Shown here piece by piece: positions 1 to 10,439 of a stretch of 64,000 nt of DNA. The number at the start of each line of letters is the position of its first letter. Within the stretch, counting starts at the first letter, position 1. The notes beneath the pieces were generated by a model. That model was not told the DNA's origin, did no database searches, and was given only the letters and a program-made list of their open reading frames with translations. Source of the DNA: Eledone cirrhosa (taxonomy: Eukaryota); assembly GCA_964016885.1 (NCBI GenBank), contig OZ024764.1:5146001-5210000 (forward strand). Direction: 5' to 3'. The translations under genes were made by a program, and so were the position numbers.

Positions 1-1260
1 CATACCATCTCAGTCTTCTCTCCTGCACACCACAACTCATCCCCAGTTTCTCTCTCAACTCATCTATGGTCTTGTCGTTCACGCACATTGACACACACAC
101 ACACACACACATATATATATTAATTCTATTGACTGATTAATAGCTCTTGTTAATTTTAAAACCATTCTGTTGAGAGCTTAATTCGTTCTGTGATATTTTG
201 CAATTTTGCAATAACACACATACTGAATTCATCCGCCAAAACTAAGGGCTGTCCCCCCCCCCCCCCTGTGAAGCCCCACGTGGGTTTTGATAACGGTCAG
301 TCCTTGGCTTGGCACTGAACTAAAAGCCTGTTGAGAAAGTGACTTCCTTGTTCGATCATCATACCAAAAGCTTAACATTATTTGTCTAAGTAGACAGTAC
401 TTGATTTAGGAGTTGCAGAAACCCAATACTGGATATTACCAACCTTCCAGGGGTCCGGGTATAATTTTCCATCATATTTTATTTGTTTTACTCGAATTAC
501 TTGGTCGTGTCTATGGCTGTGCGGATAATTGTTTAACCATCGTCTCAGTGTGTTTGGCCTTTTAACTTATGTTGTTGCTCTAGTTCACTAGCTTCTATGG
601 AGCGCCTGCCACACATCTCGGAAGTTGTTTTTCGTTAATTTCCAATAGCAGAAATGCAATTCTCGCTAATTTATATATATATATATATATATATACACGT
701 ATAAGGGATAACAAAATATCGTTATAGGTAATCCAGGTAGAAGTTGTGAATACTCTGTATTGTGGTTAGTCTTAGTCTACGGCGTTGTTTGACTCAACAA
801 GAGGTTTCCGTAGGTGGCAAGTATTTGAGTTCTCTTGAATTTCTATGTAAGTTTATCTTGGAGTAATAATATTGAAAGCGTGAAGAATAACATGGTCAAC
901 AGTACAAAAGAAGGTTTTTATTTACAGTATTAACAATTGTTTCACTGATTAAGTTGTCTAAAAATCGCTGAAAACTTAAAGCTGTGCCACTCAATCTACT
1001 ATATATATTGGAAGTGGTCGGACGTTGTATATTTAAGTAAATAAGTAGGTGTAGTCGGATAAACGTCGAAACGGCTTGGTAGAATGCAGCGAAAATTTAC
1101 ACAGTTATGCAGAATTGTAGCAGTTAATGATGATATATATGTAAAAGAAATAGGATTTCGCTTCAAGCATATCTTTATACAATATGTATAAATATTTTAT
1201 ATCTCCAAAGAAATACGGTTTTAGGAAGCCTTAGCTCTGCAAACCCTGGGGGGCTAACGT

Positions 1261-1425
1261 CCTCTGGTGATGTCCAGCAGAAGCAAGGGGGACAACCGTC
1301 TATGCATTTCAGGCTTAACTGACCATCGTCTGGACAGTCCCTCCCACTGCTTGCGACTGCTGGCCAGTTAAGCATGAAATGCATAGACGGTTGTCCCCCT
1401 TGCTTCTGCTGGACATCACCAGAGG
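1261..1425. repeat. Long inverted repeat (65-bp arms, ~35-nt spacer) ending ~116 nt upstream of every type-A micro-exon; copies at 3997-4161, 20301-20465, 23286-23450, 26053-26217, 41549-41713, 62181-62345
   Basis: CCTCTGGTGATGTCCAGCAGAAGCAAGGGGGACAACCGTCTATGCATTTCA... is the reverse complement of ...TGAAATGCATAGACGGTTGTCCCCCTTGCTTCTGCTGGACATCACCAGAGG. Confidence 0.9.
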
Positions 1426-1541
1426 CCTTGAAACCCTAAGTCCCTTTTGTTCTGTGTATGAACAGAAATAAATAATGTAATATATATATATGTATGTGTG
1501 TGTATCTATTTATATATTTAACTATATTTTTCTCATTACAG

Positions 1542-1571
1542 GAACACCACTAATTTCTCCAAAACAGTTAC
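1542..1571 (+). CDS. Putative micro-exon E1 (type A1), 30 nt, phase 2-2: NTTNFSKTV
   Basis: TTTAAC-tatatttttctcattacAG | GAACACCACTAATTTCTCCAAAACAGTTAC | GTAAGT. Length is 3n. The phase-0 frame has TAA; phase 2 is open. Confidence 0.75.
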
Positions 1572-1763
1572 GTAAGTGTTACCTTAACATACTGTCTAAC
1601 CATTGTTTAATCTGCTCCTCCCTCTACCTCTCCCTTTATACACACACACACATATATACCCCTATATATATATGTATACACACACACACACAAATATATA
1701 CACATATATACATATATATATACACACATATATATATAATCACATATATATATACATATATAC

Positions 1764-1857
1764 AAGCGAGACACGGCCTGCTGACCAATCTCGCCTTAAG
1801 TGGGACAAAACCGTCCAACCCATGCTAGCATGGAAGATGGACTTTAAATGATGATGA
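1764..1857 (+). mobile_element. Short 3'-end fragment of an RTE-type LINE or an RTE-tailed SINE, repeated after each type-A exon
   Basis: ...ccgtccaacccatgctagcatggaagatggactttaaatgatgatgat resembles the 3' end of the RTE copy at ~8215-8268, with a (TGA)n tail. Confidence 0.55.
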
Positions 1858-1933
1858 TATATACACACTGACACATATATATATACATATATATATATAC
1901 ACATATATATACGCATATATTTATATATATATA

Positions 1934-2044
1934 TGAGTTCAAGTCCGCCGAGGTTAACTTTGCCTTTCATCTTTACGAGGTCGATAAAATAAAGTACCAG
2001 TGGTGTACTGGGGTAATCGCTGGCCTTGTGCCAAAAGTAGAAAC
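1934..2044 (+). mobile_element. 5'-truncated tRNA-derived SINE, same family as 22213-22401; copies near 4653, 20974, 23959, 26709, 42201, 62833
   Basis: B-box-like GAGTTCAAGTCC followed by the core GCCTTTCATC...GGTCGATAAAATAAAGTACCAG. Confidence 0.75.
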
Positions 2045-2159
2045 TATAATTATATATATATAACCAAAGATTAATATAGTTCGTTGATTACTCAACGAAT
2101 ACAGTTGTACAATAGATTAGAAGAACTCAACAGTGAAAGTTTTCCTGGACTTTTTAATA

Positions 2160-2413
2160 TTAACAAATGAAAAATATTCTCATAATCAAAATATATACTT
2201 TATTATATACATTTCAAAGGTATATGACATACCTCTACGGTCTTGATTCTTCAATTCCAGTATTGCAGTCACTGCCAATACTGGAATTGAAGAATCAAGA
2301 CCGTAGCGCTATGTCATAATCATATATTTTGTCTGATGAGGACGTACTGAAAAAACAACAATATATATAATATAGTATATATTTTGATTATGCGAATATT
2401 TTTCATTTGTTAA
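2160..2413. repeat. Nested inverted repeat (foldback): outer arms of ~50 bp and an inner near-perfect hairpin at 2235-2306; copies at 21200-21453, 24185-24438, 42427-42680, 63059-63312; only the left arm is present at ~4.9 and ~27.0 kb
   Basis: CTACGGTCTTGATTCTTCAATTCCAGTATTG pairs with CAATACTGGAATTGAAGAATCAAGACCGTAG. TTAACAAATGAAAAATATT pairs with AATATTTTTCATTTGTTAA. Confidence 0.85.
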
Positions 2414-2424
2414 CATTTTGAATA

Positions 2425-2470
<46 letters not shown>

Positions 2471-2536
2471 AGGTAAAATGAATAATGAAAGAGTTGCAAG
2501 CCTTTAAAACATATCTTTATAAAGCTCTTACATATG

Positions 2537-2587
<51 letters not shown>

Positions 2588-2590
<3 letters not shown>

Positions 2591-2822
2591 TCATTATCAT
2601 TTTATGTCCGCTTCTCCCTGCTTGCAAGGGTTGGGCTCTCACCACCACTGGCCATGTTTTTCGTGGTCTTCCTTTTACTGGGATTTTTTAGCACCTCTTT
2701 ACCCAGCAGTCATCCTCGATGCGCATCACTTGTCCATACCATCTCAGTCTTCTCTCCTGCACACCACAACTCATCCCCAGTTTCTCTCTCAACTCATCTA
2801 TGGTCTTGTCGTTCACGCACAT
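2588..2822 (-). mobile_element. Degenerate RTE LINE 3' fragment; also at 1-90 and near 21670, 24637, 42857, 63489
   Basis: The reverse strand resembles the RTE C-terminal region and ends in an (ATG)n-like tail next to (TA)n. Confidence 0.5.
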
Positions 2823-4277
2823 TGACACACACACACACACACATATATATATATTAATTCTATTGACTGATTAATAGCTCTTGTTAATTTTAAAACCATT
2901 CTGTTGAGAGCTTAATTCGTTCTGTGATATTTTGCAATTTTGCAATAACACACATACTGAATTCATCCGCCAAAACTAAGGGCTGCCCCCCCCCCCCCCC
3001 TGTGAAGCCCCACGTGGGTTTTGATAACGGTCAGTCCTTGGCTTGGCACTGAACTAAAAGCCTGTTGAGAAAGTGACTTCCTTGTTCGATCATCATACCA
3101 AAAGCTTAACATTATTTGTCTAAGTAGACAGTACTTGATTTAGGAGTTGCAGAAACCCAATACTGGATATTACCAACCTTCCAGGGGTCCGGGTATAATT
3201 TTCCATCATATTTTATTTGTTTGACCCGAATTACTTGGTCGTGTCTATGGCTGTGTGGATAATTGTTTAACCATCGTCTCAGTGTGTTTGGCCTTTTAAC
3301 TTATGTTGTTGCTCTAGTTCACTAGCTTCTATGGAGCGCTTGCCACACATCTCGGAAGTTGTTTTTCGTTAATTTCCAATAGCAGAAATGCAATTCTCGC
3401 TAATTTATATATATATATATATATATATATACACGTATAAGGGATAACAAAATATCGTTATAGGTAATCCAGGTAGAAGTTGTGAATACTCTGTATTGTG
3501 GTTAGTCTTAGTCTACGGCGTTGATTGACTCAACAAGAGGTTTCCATAGGTGGCAAGTATTTGAGTTCTCTTGAATTTCTATGCAAGTTTATCTTGGAGT
3601 AATAATATTGAAAGCGTGAAGAATAACATGGTCAACAGTACAAAAGAAGGTTTTTATTTACAGTATTAACAATTGTTTCACTGATTAAGTTGTCTAAAAA
3701 TCGCTGAAAACTTAAAGCTGTGCCACTCAATCTACTATATATATTGGAAGTGGTCGGACGTTGTATATTTAAGTAAATAAGTAGGTGTAGTCGGATAAAC
3801 GTCGAAACGGCTTGGTAGAATGCAGCGAAAATTTACACAGTTATGCAGAATTGTAGCAGTTAATGATGATATATATGTAAAAGAAATAGGATTTCGCTTC
3901 AAGCATATCTTTATACAATATGTATAAATATTTTGTATCTCCAAAGAAATACGGTTTTAGGAAGCCTTAGCTCTGCAAACCCTGGGGGGCAAACGTCCTC
4001 TGGTGATGTCCAGCAGAAGCAAGGGGGACAACCGTCTATGCATTTCAGGCTTAACTGGCCATCGTCTGGACAGTCCCTCCCACTGCTTGCGACTGCTGGC
4101 CAGTTAAGCGTGAAATGCATAGACGGTTGTCCCCCTTGCTTCTGCTGGACATCACCAGAGGCCTTGAAACCCTAAGTCCCTTTTGCTCTGTGTATGAACA
4201 GAAATAAATAATGTAATATATATATATGTATGTGTGTGTATCTATTTATATATTTAACTATTTTTTTCTCATTACAG

Positions 4278-4313
4278 CACCAATCACACACTTTCCAAGT
4301 ACGAGAATATTAT
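4278..4313 (+). CDS. Putative micro-exon E2 (type A2), 36 nt: TNHTLSKYENI
   Basis: tttttttctcattacAG | CACCAATCACACACTTTCCAAGTACGAGAATATTAT | GTAAGT. Same flanks as E1 but a different core. Confidence 0.75.
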
Positions 4314-5104
4314 GTAAGTGTTACCTTAACAAACTGTCTAACCATTGTTTAATCTGCTCCTTCCTCTACCTCTCCCTTTAATACACACACACACATATAT
4401 ACCCCTATATATATATGTATACACACACACACACAAATATATACACATATATACATATATATATACACACATATATATACATATATACAAGCGAGACACG
4501 GCCTGCTGACTAATCTCGCCTTAAGTGGGACAAAACCGTCCAACCCATGCTAGCATGGAAGATGGACTTTAAATGATGATGATATATATACACTGACACA
4601 TATATATACATATATACAAATATATATACGCATATATCTATATATATATATATGAGTTCAAGTCCGCCGAGGTTAACTTTGCCTTTCATCTTTACGAGGT
4701 CGATAAAATAAAGTACCAGTGGTGCACTGGGGTAATCGCTGGCCTTGTGCCAAAAGTAGAAACTATATTTATATATATATAACTAAAGATTAATATGGTT
4801 CGTTGATTACTCAACGAATACAGTTTTACAATAGATTAGAAGCACTCAACAGTGAAATTTTCCTGGAGTTTTTAATATTATTCAAAATATTAACAAATGA
4901 AAAATATTCTCATAATCAAAATATATACTTTATTATATATATTTCAAAGGTATATGACATACCTCTACGGTCTTGATTATTCAATTCCACTATTGGCAGT
5001 GACTATATATTTATAGGCAAAATGAATAATGAAAGAGTTGCAAGCCGTTAAAACATATCTTTATAAAGCTCTTACATATGTTATATATATATATATCATC
5101 ATCA

Positions 5105-5620
5105 TCAGCAGCGAGACCTGGGCACTGTGTGTAGAAGATCTGTAAAGATTGGAAAGAAATGAGCCTCCATGCTTCAATGGATGTGCCATAGTAATATATG
5201 CAAATGGCAAAACATAAATGTACTGTGAGAGGATTTAGGCATAAGAGGGATTAGATGCAGTGTGCAGGAGTGGGATTGTTTTGGTATAGACATGTGATGT
5301 GTATGAAGGGTGACAGCTGTATAAAAAGGTGCCAAACGCACAAAGTTGACAGAGGCCGTGGAGTGGGCAGGTCTAGGAAGACTTGGGATGAGGTAAGGAA
5401 AGCTGATTTTGCACAATTACACCTAGCTAAGGCAATGACACAGGATGGTGACCTCTGGCGCTATGCACAATTATAGAGGACTACATCCACAATCCACCAG
5501 ACATTTTCCCTACCAACACCCCACACAAGTTCCCAAACCTCACCATAAAGTGGTCCCGCTGCAGCCATGACAAATATGTCCAGTCCACACTGTACAGTGG
5601 TATTGTAGGTGTCCTGCCAA
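5105..5620 (+). mobile_element. RTE LINE 3' fragment (truncated copy of the 10.4-11.8 kb element); copy at ~27161-27676
   Basis: Decayed SETWAL..EDL..LERNE and WYRHVMCMKGDSCIKRC...GRSRKTW motifs. Confidence 0.8.
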
Positions 5621-5680
5621 AAATCAATATTGGGCCTTAAAACCTTGAGTCCCTTTTGTTCTGTGTATGAACATAAATAA

Positions 5681-5865
5681 TTGTTTCTACTTTTGGCACA
5701 AGGCCAGCAATTATCCAGTGCATTACTGGTACTTTAATTTATCGACCCCGTAAGGATGAAAGGCAAAGTTAACCTTGGCGGAATTTGAACTCAGATCATA
5801 CAGGGAGGTAACTTTGCTTCAAAGCATGGCGTCCGACCCTCTACCGATACTGCCAATCCACCGCC
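5681..5865 (-). mobile_element. Full-length tRNA-derived SINE in antisense orientation just upstream of the type-B exon acceptor, with TGAACATAAATAA target-site duplication; copy at 27737-27921, partial copies at ~13247-13327 and 47705-47837
   Basis: Reverse complement of the 22213-22401 element. TGAACATAAATAA occurs on both sides. Type-A cassettes show the empty site (tgaacagaaataaataatgtaa). Confidence 0.85.
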
Positions 5866-5953
5866 TGAACATAAATAAATAATGTAATATATATATATAT
5901 GTATGTGTGTGTGTATCTATTTATATATTTAACTATATTTTTTGTAATCACAG

Positions 5954-5995
5954 GTCTGATTCACTGCCGAGGTCCACTATAGGAAACAGTGACGA
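5954..5995 (+). CDS. Putative micro-exon E3 (type B1), 42 nt: SDSLPRSTIGNSD
   Basis: ttttttgtaatcacAG | GTCTGATTCACTGCCGAGGTCCACTATAGGAAACAGTGACGA | GTAAGT. Phase 0 has TGA and phase 1 has TAG, so only phase 2 is open. Confidence 0.75.
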
Positions 5996-6187
5996 GTAAG
6001 TTTTAGTTTTACACACTATCTAACCATTATTCTATCTGTTCCTTCCCGTCTCTCTCTCTCTTTATATATACTAAGGTGTATTATTGGTTGTGTAAAACGG
6101 TCCAATAAATTTTTGTTAGCAATATTAAGTTCTCCACGCTTTTGTATATCTCCAATTCCATTCAAGGGAACAGCTAGATGATGTAAC

Positions 6188-6274
6188 AAAATCCGAAGGC
6201 AAGGTAAAATTTCCAATCATTTTAATCATGTCGTGATTAAAATGATTGGAAATCTTACCTTCCCTTCGGATTTT
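6188..6274. repeat. Hairpin-forming inverted repeat (~42-52 bp arms) ~200 nt downstream of each type-B exon; copies at 12629-12734, 13658-13764 and near 28.25, 34.9, 48.2 and 55.45 kb
   Basis: AAAATCCGAAGGCAAGGTAAAATTTCCAATCATTTTAATCA pairs with TGATTAAAATGATTGGAAATCTTACCTTCCCTTCGGATTTT. Confidence 0.85.
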
Positions 6275-6329
6275 CATTTTGATATATATATATATATATA
6301 TATAAATATGACTCTGTCTCTTATAAACC

Positions 6330-6527
6330 ACGTTGGCTATTATGACACTCTCTCCAACATAGAGAGCTATGTTGGCTAATATGACTCTCTCTGTATGTTG
6401 ACTATAATGACTCTCTCTCTATGTTGGCTATTATGACTCTCTCTCTCTCTATGTTGGCTATTATGACTCTCTCTCTCTCTCTATGTTGGCTATAATGACT
6501 CTCTCTCTCTCTATTATGTCTCTCTCT
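6330..6527 (+). repeat. Compound minisatellite [TATGTTGGCTATTATGA(CT)n] with a variable ~26-40 bp unit; copies near 12790-12968, 13810-14062, 28390-28555, 35046-35232, 48358-48866 (expanded) and 55591-55776
   Basis: Tandem units are directly visible and produce the spurious MLAIMTLSLS ORFs. Confidence 0.9.
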
Positions 6528-6883
6528 GTTCAAGCTTTATGAAGTTAGATGAACATCTTCAAAGTCCTCCCATATTCGCCTTGTCTAATATGCGTTCTTG
6601 TACCTGATTATTTCCCCCAAATCTCCTGGGATGTTATAAACCATGATGGCTACCTATCTCACAATTTCTCTCCTGCCCACCCCCTCACACCACCATAGTC
6701 TATTCGACCAATCAAACCTCAGAAACATGTCCCCACCCATTACCAACCCCAACAAACTCTGCCATTACTACTACTTCTACTTTTCTTCTAGCCCTTACCA
6801 GCCCCAACAAACCCTGACATTATTACTACTATTGTCCTTCTAGCCATGGGCTGAGGATAAATGGGGCTACCCCAAATTAATAA

Positions 6884-8268
6884 ATGAATATGAATCCGCG
6901 AGTTACCAAGCACCCATGCAAAGCTTTAATTCAGAGACAGGAAGCATACACACCCCACTGCAAAAATTCACCCTTTCCCACGAATGGTGGCAAATGCCCA
7001 AAACTCCGAGTTGGAACCATCAATGTAAGCACAATGAAAGGAAGAGCAGGAGAAATTGTAGAGATGCTAGAGCGAAAGAAAATTGATGTATGCTGTGTGC
7101 AAGAGACTAGATGGAGAGCAGGGTCCGCTGGAGTCCTTGCAGGCAGAAGTCAGTGCTACCAATTTGTCTGGGTAGCAAATGACAACAGGATGGGAGGTGT
7201 AGCTATCCTATTAGCTGACAAATGGGTAGATAAGGTAATCTCAGTAAACAGGGTGAATGCAAGAATAATGAAACTTGGACTAGTCCTGAATAAAACAATT
7301 GCCACAATAATATCAGCTTACGCACCCCAATTGGGGTTGCCAGCTGACTATAGCGGGGAATTTAGTTTAGAGGTCGGTGTCCACCAGGGCTCTGTTCTTA
7401 GCCCACTCCTGTTCGTTGAAGTATTGCAAGCAATAACGGAGGTGATTATGACCGGTGCCCATGGGAACTCCTATATGCGGATCATCTCACACTTATAGCC
7501 GAATCTATGGTGGAACTATACTTGCTCAGTATGTAGAAAAGGAGTAGGCTGGCTGCAAAAGGCTTTCCCCTCAAAATGAAAAGCAGACTGTATGATGTGG
7601 GTATACGAATAGCAATGTTACATAGTAGTGAAACCTGGGCGCCGTCTGTGGAAGACTTGCATAGATTAGAAAGAAATGAAGCCTGCATGCTCCGATGGAT
7701 GTGTAATAGTAATATACGCGAACGGCAAAGCATAAATGAATTGAGAGAGTGACTGAGCATAAGAGGAATGAAATGCTGTGTGCAGGAGAGGAGGTTGCAT
7801 TGGACATGTGATGCGTATGAAGGATGACAGCTGTATAAAAAGGTGTAGAGCAGTAGAAGTCGATGGAAGCCGTAGAGTGGGGAGACCCAAGAAGAGCTGG
7901 GATGAGGTGATAAAAGCCGACCTTACCCAGTTGCACCTCTCAAAGGCGATGACACAGGACCGTCACCTCTGGCATCAAGCAGTAATACAGAAGACCTGAC
8001 TCCCCAGGGCTACAAGCGGAAGCTGAAGCGTATGCTCCCACCCTCTTCGACTGTACAGTGGACGTATAGGCGCCACAGACAAAAAGCACCCAGGACTCAC
8101 TGTAAATGAGGTTGGTGTTAGGAAGGGCATCCAGCTGTAGGAATCAAGCCAGAATCAGTTCCTGTATGAGCAAGACAAGGTCAGCTGAACAGACACTGCC
8201 CACAACAGGACAACCCGTCTAACCCATGCTAGCGTGGAAGAATGGACGTAAAACAGTGATGAAGATGA
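6884..8268 (+). mobile_element. Internally deleted RTE-clade LINE relic (N-terminal AP endonuclease joined to RT and C-terminal fragments); copies at 14419-15630, 28912-30297, 35590-36800, ~49223-50608, 56134-57345
   Basis: APE motifs LRVGTINVSTMKGR, DVCCVQETRW, GGVAIL and ISAYAPQ jump directly to RT motifs GVHQGSVLSPLLF and ELLYADHL. Stops and frameshifts follow, and the element ends in a (TGA)n-like tail. Confidence 0.88.
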
Positions 8269-8270
8269 TA

Positions 8271-10394
8271 TATCATATATGCCAGTGTACAAGTTGACAT
8301 TTGGAGCCTAAAAATATCTCTCCAAAACCAGGGGTCGACTTGTCTGCTGAATATAGTATGTTACCTTTACCACTGAGGGGTATACAGTGAAACTGCCTGC
8401 CTAACACTTGTTGTACACCACTTACCATAACTCTAGCAACCCACCACATTTATTTCTACTGAATCTCATATTTGTTAAGTTTAACGTAGAGATTATAGTA
8501 ATATCAATGTCTTGCTGTAGCTTATAGGGTAGGTTACTGTTGGGTAGGTTACTGTAGCATAGGTTACCATAGGGTAGGATAGTGTCTGGTAGGTTACCAT
8601 AGGGTAGGTTACGATAGGGCAGGATACTGTAGGGTAAGTTACTGGAGGGTAGGTTACCATAGGGTAGGTTACCGTAGTGTAGGTTACCATTGGGTAGGTT
8701 ATTATAGGGTAGGTTACCACAGGGTAGGTGACCATAGAATAGGTTACTGTAGGGTATTTTACCATAGGGTATGTTACCATAGGGTAGGTTACCTTATGGT
8801 AGGTTACCTTAAGGTAGGTTACCATAGGGTAAGTTACCATAGGGTAGGTTACCTTAGGGTAGGTGACCATAGTGTAGGCTACCATAGGTTAGGTTCTGTA
8901 TGGTAGGTTAGGTTACTATAGGGTAGGTTACCATAGGGTAGGTTACGATAGGGTTAGTTACCATAGGGTAGGTTACCATAGCGTAGGTTACTATTGGGTA
9001 GGTTACCATAGGGTAGGTTACTGTAGGTTAGGTTACGTAGGGTAGGTTACCATAGGGTAGGTTGCCATAGAGTAGGTTATTATAGGGTAGGTTACCATAA
9101 GGTAGATTACCTCAGGGTATGTTACCATATGGTAGGTTACCATAGGGTAGGTTACTGTAGGGTAGTTTACCATAGTGTAGGATACCTTAAATTAGGTTAC
9201 CACAGGAAAAGTTACCATATGGTAGGTTACTGTAGGTTAGGTTACCATAGGGTAGGTTATCATAGGTTAGGTTACCAAAGGGTAGGTTACTATAGGTTGT
9301 TACCATTGGGTAGGTTACTGTAGGGTAACATAGGTTACGATAGTGTAGGTTAATATAACATAGGTCACCATAGTGTAGGTTACCTTAGATTAGGTTACCA
9401 CAGGATAGGTTACCATATGGTAGGTTACTGTAGGTTAGGTCACCATAGGGTAGGTTACTATAGGGTAGGCTACTATAGGTTGTTACCATAGGGTAGGTTA
9501 CCATAGAGTAGGTTACAATATGGTTGGTTACCATAGTGTAGGTTACTATAACATTGGTTACCACAGTGTAGGTTACCTTAATTTAGGTTACCATAGGTTA
9601 GGTTACCGTATCGTAGGTTACTGTAGGTTAGGTTACAATAGGGTAGGTTACTATAGGGTAGGCTACCAATGATAGGTTATGATGGGTTAGGTTCCATAGG
9701 GTAGGTTACCACAGTATATGTTACCATATGGTAGGTTAGGTTACCATAGGGTAGGTCACCATAGTGTAGGTTACTTTAGATTAGGTTACCATAGGGTAGG
9801 TTACCACAGGATAAGTTACCATATGGTAGGTTACTATAACATAGGTTACCAAAGTGTAGGTTTCTATAGGTTGTTACCATAGGGTAGGTTACTGTAGGGT
9901 AGGTTACTGTAAGGTAGGTTACCATAGGGTAGGATACTGTAGGGTAGGTTACCAGAGGGTAGGTTATTATAGTATAGGTTACCGTAGGGTAGGTTTCCAT
10001 GAAGTAGGTGACCATAGGGTAGGTTACTATAAGTTAGGTTACCATAGGGTAGGTTTCCATGAAGTAGGTTACCACAGGGTAGGTTAACATAAATTAGGTT
10101 ACCTTAGGGTAGGTTACCATAAGTTAGGTTACCATACGGTAGGTTACCATAGGTTTGTTAAGGTTAGGCTAGGCTGGTCTACTCGGTGAGTTAAAACTCA
10201 CTTGTGACTGTAGTGTTTTAGAAGAAGTGTCTTAATCTTTCGTGCACCACTAAATTTTTTAACTATTTCCCCTGAAACTGCCTTATTTTGGGGAGGTTAT
10301 CTTATCAATCGAATAGCGTCCTAAATCTAAATTACACCTCAGAATTTTAGGGGCCACGCTATGTACCGGATAGACTTGTACACCGGCATATATA
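8271..10394. mobile_element. Non-autonomous TIR DNA transposon (Tc1/mariner superfamily, Tc2/pogo-like ends) carrying the 15-bp satellite; copies at 15633-17393, ~30299-32478, ~36803-38684, ~50611-52994, ~57347-59228, with partial copies elsewhere
   Basis: Left end TATCATATATGCCAGTGTACAAGT. Right end ACTTGTACACCGGCATATATGGTA (17370-17393), whose reverse complement is TACCATATATGCCGGTGTACAAGT. Both ends are in TA context. The family assignment is from recall. Confidence 0.6.
8525..10170 (+). repeat. 15-bp satellite, consensus TAGGGTAGGTTACCA (variant TAGGGTAGGTTACTG)
   Basis: About 110 diverged units; source of the VGYHR/VTYPM pseudo-ORFs. Confidence 0.95.
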
Positions 10395-10439
10395 TATATG
10401 CAAAGAGAGCGAGAGAAACAGCGGGAGTGAGAGAGATAC

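Noticed and set aside
814-846. Another AG...GTAAGT-bounded 33-nt segment (GTGGCAAGTATTTGAGTTCTCTTGAATTTCTAT)
   Set aside because: It has TGA in the phase-2 frame and a weak pyrimidine tract. The donor is GCAAGT in the copies at ~3.58 and ~25.6 kb, and the core is not diversified.
130-1110. Possible Penelope-like ORF remnant on the minus strand in the type-A spacer
   Set aside because: I could not recover convincing RT or GIY-YIG motifs by eye, so it is left unannotated pending a tBLASTx/Dfam search.
1490-1970. Tyr/Ile/His/Thr-rich ORFs overlapping E1 and its paralogs
   Set aside because: These are translations of (TA)n/(CA)n microsatellites. They read through the splice sites in a frame that is closed in other exon types.
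6884-7498. 204-217 aa endonuclease/RT ORFs as a possible domesticated gene
   Set aside because: Internally deleted RTE LINE with frameshifts that differ between copies and downstream stops. The multiple copies come from segmental duplication.
8493-10015. ORFs of VTYPM/VGYHR pentapeptide repeats up to 248 aa (also at 16-17, 30-32, 37-38, 44-46, 51-52 and 58-59 kb)
   Set aside because: They are by-products of a 15-bp satellite (a multiple of 3). They are open on both strands, interrupted by frequent frameshifting indels, and lie inside a TIR element.
8525-10170. Interstitial telomere
   Set aside because: The unit is a 15-mer, not tandem TTAGGG; it only contains telomere-like words.
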